Positions 62,011 to 64,000 of a stretch of 64,000 nucleotides of DNA are shown here, one piece after another (positions within the stretch are counted from its first letter, which is position 1; every line of letters starts with the position of its first letter). Origin of the DNA: the human T2T-CHM13v2.0 reference genome, Homo sapiens; NCBI RefSeq assembly GCF_009914755.1, contig NC_060927.1, one strand, 5' to 3'. Under the pieces are notes generated by a model that saw nothing but the letters and a program-made list of their open reading frames with translations, did no database searches and was not told the origin of the DNA. The translations under genes and the position numbers were made by a program.

Positions 62011-62100
62011 TTAAATATTACATCTAATAATTTTTAGCATATTTTGATATATCATATTGATAATATTTGATATTATTAGATTATTAGATATTAGATATTA

Positions 62101-62407
62101 TATAATATAATATTAAATATAATAATATTTAATATAATATTATTAAATATAATAATATTTAATATAATATTATTAAATATAATAATATTTAATATAATAT
62201 TATTATATATAATAATATTTAATATAATATTATTATATATAATAATATTTAATATAATATTATTATATATAATAATATTTAATATAATATTATTAAATAT
62301 AATAATATTTAATAATATTATTAAATATAATAATATTTAATATAATATTATTAAATATAATAATATTTAATATAATATTATTAAATATAATAATATTTAA
62401 TATAATG
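62101..62407. repeat. Pure A/T 30-bp minisatellite, about 10 copies
   Basis: Unit aatataatattatta(a/t)atataataatattt, with one 28-bp variant. Confidence 0.97.
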
Positions 62408-62915
62408 TAATTATTAAATATTATATTTAATATTATTATATTAGATATTAATATATTTAATATTATTAGATATATTATAACAACATATTATAGATTAACA
62501 CATTTGTTTATGTTTTCAAGATACAAGTAGTGTTTGTAATACTGAATGTAATACTGACAACACATCCATCTTTTCTGCTTTGTGAGACTGCATTAAAAAC
62601 AATAGTAAAGAAAAAAAGCACAAAATATATGCCAGATATTTTTCCATATCTACACTCCACTTTTTATATGATTTGTGAATTACATCTTTTGCCTTTTGAT
62701 TCTCTTTTTTTTTCTAGCAATTGGAGGGACTTAAATAAATTGGACTGAGGAAGACTGAAGTTGGGTATTTTTTCCAAAACCTCATTCATATTACGTCTCT
62801 GTGAGTTAGCAAGTTCAGTGAATGCCACAGATTCTGTGGGAAAGTTCTCTATTAGCGATGCAGGTAGTTCTTCTGGATTCTGCCAATTTCTCCTTTGCTT
62901 TGCTCATTCTGTTCT

Positions 62916-63399
62916 TGTATTAGTTTTCTTTTGCTGCTGTAACAAACAACCACAAACGTAGTGGCTTTAAATGACACAAGTGTGTTAGCATGTAATCCTG
63001 TAGATCCCATGTCTGACACTTAACTTCACTGCCCCAGGATCAAGGTGTCAATAGTGTTGCATTCCCTTCTGGAGGTTCTATGCAAAAATGCATTTCCTTG
63101 CCTGTTTTAGCTTCTAGAGTCTCATGGCTCCCTTTTCCATCTCCAAAACCTGCAATGTTTCATCTCTATGAACATTCTTCCATAGTTGCCTCTCCCTCTG
63201 ACTGTGGCCAGGAAAACTTGTCGGCTATTAAGGCTCTATGTGATTAGATTAGACACACCTGGGTAATCCAGGATAATCTCCTTCATTCTACAGTCTGTAA
63301 ATAAATCACACATGCAATATCCATTTTGACCTGTAAGACAAAATGTTCCAGGGATTAGGATGTGGACCTCTTTTGAGCTCCATTATTCTAGTCAGCACT
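62916..63399 (-). mobile_element. MLT1D-like solo LTR
   Basis: 'tgtattagttttcttttgctgctgtaacaaac...gggattaggatgtggacctctt...attattct'. Confidence 0.85.
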
Positions 63400-64000
63400 A
63401 TTTTTGAATGATAAACTTTTCCAGCTGTTGCTAGCCCTGGAGCACTTGATGTTTCCTTTAAACTTGCCCATACATGTATGAACATAATCTTTTTAAACAG
63501 CTTATTTTAATTAAGCAAGGCTACTCACTGACCATCAAAGATAAAAATATATTGAGAAGGGATATCAGTGAAAAAGAGATTATACAAATCTTTTATGAGC
63601 GAATGAAGTAATATGGAGCTTCTTAGCTGTACCAGCAGTAAGCAGAAACCTAAAGGATCTACAGCATGAAACAACCATGTGAAACAAGCCAAATACTCTT
63701 GAAGAATCCCTGAGAAAATCAGGGCATACAGGTGCCAGGGACTGCAAAAGATAAAGATGAGATGAAACATCTAGAAACAGGAGTATTGAGTACATTTCTG
63801 CACAATGTATTAACTATTCTTTCAGGCAGAACAATGGTTTATTTTCGGAGACATTGAATAACAACAGTATGAATTTCTGAGCACGTAAAAAGGTAGATGG
63901 TCACGGAAGAAGGCTGAAAACCTGTCCCATCACACAATAGAATGTTGCCCAGCCAACTGGCCTTGCCCTTCCCTTAGAATTCCTGCAGGTAGAGCAATAA

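Overview
This is AT-rich, CpG-poor, repeat-dense primate (human-like) genomic DNA, intergenic or deep intronic, with no intact protein-coding gene, RNA gene or CRISPR array. The one gene-derived feature is an HNRNPA1 processed pseudogene (42777-44304, +). It carries the alternative exon 7B of the less abundant A1-B isoform and is disabled by a stop at codon 24 and two frameshifts. The rest is a layered transposon record: Alu J/S/Y; several L1PA/L1MA insertions, four of them with twin-priming 5' inversions; a decayed ERV-L pol with an LTR16-like LTR; a MER57 LTR plus internal region hosting nested insertions; MaLR/MLT LTRs; Tigger1, Tigger3b, MER47, MER2, MER20 and MER5 DNA elements; L2 and MIR. 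The most notable structures are two short dispersed duplications of about 94% identity (one preserves the empty pre-insertion site of an L1), an internally inverted Tigger1, and a pure A/T palindromic 30-bp minisatellite. I see no support for a wholly new biological system. Repeat subfamily names come from recalled consensus sequences and need RepeatMasker/Dfam confirmation.
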